DNA from: an uncultured Nitrospiraceae bacterium
GTDB taxonomy: Bacteria; Nitrospirota; Nitrospiria; Nitrospirales; Nitrospiraceae
Length of the DNA: 64,000 bases
Direction of reading: 5' to 3'
NCBI GenBank assembly: GCA_963706325.1
Contig: CAVPLT010000001.1
Location: forward strand, 736,001-800,000
Of this stretch, positions 61,636-64,000 are shown piece after piece (positions within the stretch are counted from its first letter, which is position 1; every line of letters begins with the position of its first letter). The notes under the pieces are model-generated. The model had not been told where the DNA came from. It searched no databases and worked only from the letters and a program-made list of their open reading frames with translations. A program made the position numbers and the translations under genes.

Positions 61636-62673
61636 ATGCCAGATCGAACCGTGACGAACCAACTGACCGACGATGAGCGTGGCATCGAAGCCGCGCTCCG
61701 TCCACAGAGTTTGCGGGAGTATGTCGGCCAGTCACGCATGAAGGACGCCTTGGAGATCTGTATCGCGGCAGCCAAGCGTCGTGGCGAGGCACTCGATCAT
61801 GCCATTTTCTATGGCCCACCTGGGCTCGGGAAGACGACCATCGCCCACATTATCGCGCGAGAGATGGGATCGGCCATTCGATCGACCTCCGGGCTGGTCC
61901 TGAGTCACGCGGGCGATCTCGCGGCAATCCTGACGAATTTGCAAGAACGGGATGTGTTGTTCATTGATGAGATCCATCGGTTGCCCGCCTCCGTAGAGGA
62001 AGCGCTGTATCCGGCGATGGAAGATTACCAGCTCGATCTCGTCGTCGGGCAAGGGGCGTCGACCAGGACGATCAAGCTTGAGTTACCGCGGTTTACTCTC
62101 GTGGGGGCCACGACCAGGGCCGGGGCTTTGACTTCGCCGTTGCGGGACCGGTTCGGGCTCGTTCACAGACTGGAGTTCTACTCTGCCCCAGAATTGACCG
62201 CCATCGTGACGCGGTCAGCGGGGTTGCTGAATATTCCGATCGATGCGGCCGGCGCGGCGGAGATCGCCCGACGGGCTCGCGGTACGCCACGCATCGTGAA
62301 TCGCTTGATCAAGCGAATCAGGGACTACGCCGAGGTCAAGGCCGAAGGACACATCACGCAACAAGTGGCGCAGGATGCCCTGGTCTGGCTGGCTGTCGAT
62401 GCGGCCGGCCTTGATGAGATGGACCGCAAGATCCTCCTGACGGTGATCGAAAAGTTCAGTGGGGGACCGGTGGGGGTGGACTCCCTGTCCGCGGCCGTGC
62501 AGGAGGACAGGGGTACGCTGGAGGATGTGTACGAACCCTATCTCATTCAGGCGGGCTTTTTAGAGAGGACCGGCAGGGGGCGTCAAGCGACCAGGCTGGC
62601 TTTTGAGCATTTCAAAAAACACAAGGATCTCCTCTCCCTTTCGGATGAAGCGACATCGATCACAACTCCTTGA
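61636..62673 (+). CDS. ruvB: Holliday junction branch-migration ATPase
   Basis: [40 protein letters not shown]. Confidence 0.97.
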   Translation: MPDRTVTNQLTDDERGIEAALRPQSLREYVGQSRMKDALEICIAAAKRRGEALDHAIFYGPPGLGKTTIAHIIAREMGSAIRSTSGLVLSHAGDLAAILTNLQERDVLFIDEIHRLPASVEEALYPAMEDYQLDLVVGQGASTRTIKLELPRFTLVGATTRAGALTSPLRDRFGLVHRLEFYSAPELTAIVTRSAGLLNIPIDAAGAAEIARRARGTPRIVNRLIKRIRDYAEVKAEGHITQQVAQDALVWLAVDAAGLDEMDRKILLTVIEKFSGGPVGVDSLSAAVQEDRGTLEDVYEPYLIQAGFLERTGRGRQATRLAFEHFKKHKDLLSLSDEATSITTP

Positions 62674-62812
62674 ATCCTCTCGCCTATCCTTGCAATGGGC
62701 TTGGTGGCTCCTGTAGGATACTCACTTGCCAAAGTTCACGCTGTGAACCTGGACTCGTTTCACGATTACTCCTTTCCAGAGGCAGGTTCCGCGAGGAGGG
62801 CATCCCCCCATC

Positions 62813-63889
62813 ATGTCGGACGATTTACGAGAACATCGACAGGAAATAGACCAAATCGACGATCAGATTTTGCGTCTTCTGAACCAGCGCTCAAAGTCTG
62901 TGATCGAAATCGGCAAACTGAAGAAATTGAGGGATGCCGAGGCTCCGCTCCACACGCCGGCCCGTGAGGCGGCGATTTTTGAGCGACTCAGCCAGCAAAA
63001 CACCGGACCCTTTCCCACCGATGCCATTCGCGCGGTGTATCGGGAAATCATGTCCGCCTCGCTGTCCCTTGAGGGGCCGCAGAAAGTTGCCTATCTGGGG
63101 CCGCGGGCCACATTCACCCATATGGCCTGCATGCAGAAATTCGGGTCGTCCGCGCAGTACATCCCCGTCAACAGTATTAAAGACGTATTCAGTGAAGTGG
63201 AGCGGGGGCGGGCGCATTTTGGCGTGGTGCCGATCGAGAACACCACAGAAGGTGTCGTGAACCACACGTTGGACATGTTCATCGATTCCAGCCTTTTGAT
63301 CTACGGAGAAGTATTGCAGGAAGTGGCGCACCATCTGATGTCTAAGAATGGGGTTGTCGGGGACATCACCAGAATTTATTCGCATCCCCACGCCATTGCC
63401 CAATGTCGAAATTGGCTCGAAACGAATCTGCCTCGCGTGCCGGCATCGGAAGTGGCGAGCACCGCCAGGGCCGCTGAGTTGTGTGTCGACGATCCGTCGG
63501 CGGCTGCGATCGCCTCGGAATTGGCCTCCCAGTTATACGGGTTGAAGGTCATCACAGCCAGGATCGAGGATAACATCAACAACTTCACACGCTTTCTCGT
63601 CCTGTCGCAGAAGCCACCGGAGCGGACTGGTCGCGACAAGACCTCGCTGATGTTATCGATCAAAGACAAAGTTGGCGCCCTGTACGATCTTCTGCGGCCC
63701 TTTGCCTCCCATGGCCTGAACATGACCAAGATTGAATCCCGTCCCTCCCGCCGGAAAGCCTGGGAGTATATTTTCTTTGTCGATCTCGAGGGGCACATCG
63801 ACGAGGAGCGAGTCAAAAAGGCGGCCGAGGAAGTGAAGAGTCGCTGCCTGTTCATGAAAATACTCGGATCCTATCCCGCCCATTCGTGA
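62813..63889 (+). CDS. pheA: Chorismate mutase/prephenate dehydratase
   Basis: RQEIDQID, YLGPRATF, PIENTTEG, NFTRF, KIESRP, LGSYP. Confidence 0.96.
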   Translation: MSDDLREHRQEIDQIDDQILRLLNQRSKSVIEIGKLKKLRDAEAPLHTPAREAAIFERLSQQNTGPFPTDAIRAVYREIMSASLSLEGPQKVAYLGPRATFTHMACMQKFGSSAQYIPVNSIKDVFSEVERGRAHFGVVPIENTTEGVVNHTLDMFIDSSLLIYGEVLQEVAHHLMSKNGVVGDITRIYSHPHAIAQCRNWLETNLPRVPASEVASTARAAELCVDDPSAAAIASELASQLYGLKVITARIEDNINNFTRFLVLSQKPPERTGRDKTSLMLSIKDKVGALYDLLRPFASHGLNMTKIESRPSRRKAWEYIFFVDLEGHIDEERVKKAAEEVKSRCLFMKILGSYPAHS

Positions 63890-63904
63890 GGATGATGTAA
63901 CACC

Positions 63905-64000
63905 ATGGCGCTGAAGGTGCATCCCGATATTGCCTCTCTCGTTCCATACGTTCCCGGAAAACCCATCGAAGAACTGCAACGAGAACTGGGTTTGCCCCGC
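63905..64000 (+). CDS. hisC: Histidinol-phosphate aminotransferase (5' part, truncated by window)
   Basis: MALKVHPDIASLVPYVPGKPIEELQRELGL; pheA-hisC synteny. Confidence 0.8.
   Translation, partial: MALKVHPDIASLVPYVPGKPIEELQRELGLPR

Noticed and set aside
62674..62812. Possible pheA attenuator
   Set aside because: No Phe-rich leader peptide or U-tailed terminator seen

Overview
A ~57% GC (by eye) bacterial chromosomal segment; gene content and style suggest Nitrospira/Nitrospirota (inference). It is mostly core genome: rpmH-rnpA-yidD-yidC-mnmE-mnmG-rsmG-parA-parB with two perfect parS palindromes and two bactofilins, mnmA, an F1-only atp operon (atpG frameshifted, probably a sequencing artefact), a metal ABC transporter, anmK, tRNA-fMet/fmt/rsmB/rpe, an archaeal/eukaryotic-type PheRS converging on thrS-infC(ATC start)-rpmI-rplT, tRNA-Val, HU, yebC-ruvA-(Cys-rich gene)-ruvB, pheA and the start of hisC. 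Accessory content includes paired DUF3365-like heme-c proteins, duplicated RluD-like synthases, a c-di-GMP patch (REC-GGDEF, PilZ genes, one with an internal TAG) and a DnaA-box cluster far from any dnaA gene. The best candidate for an under-described system is the Rrf2-led sulfur-assimilation operon at 49.3-59.5 kb. It encodes a sulfite reductase with Cys cofactor motifs in both repeats and fused HEPN-like and TusA domains, an APS reductase, a YbiB/TrpD-like protein, CysD, CysN with a degenerate kinase domain, ApbC/Mrp, a CxxC plus tandem PCP_red-like protein and a His-rich membrane protein. No CRISPR array, rRNA, transposase or integrase was seen. All family assignments come from motif recognition, not database searches.
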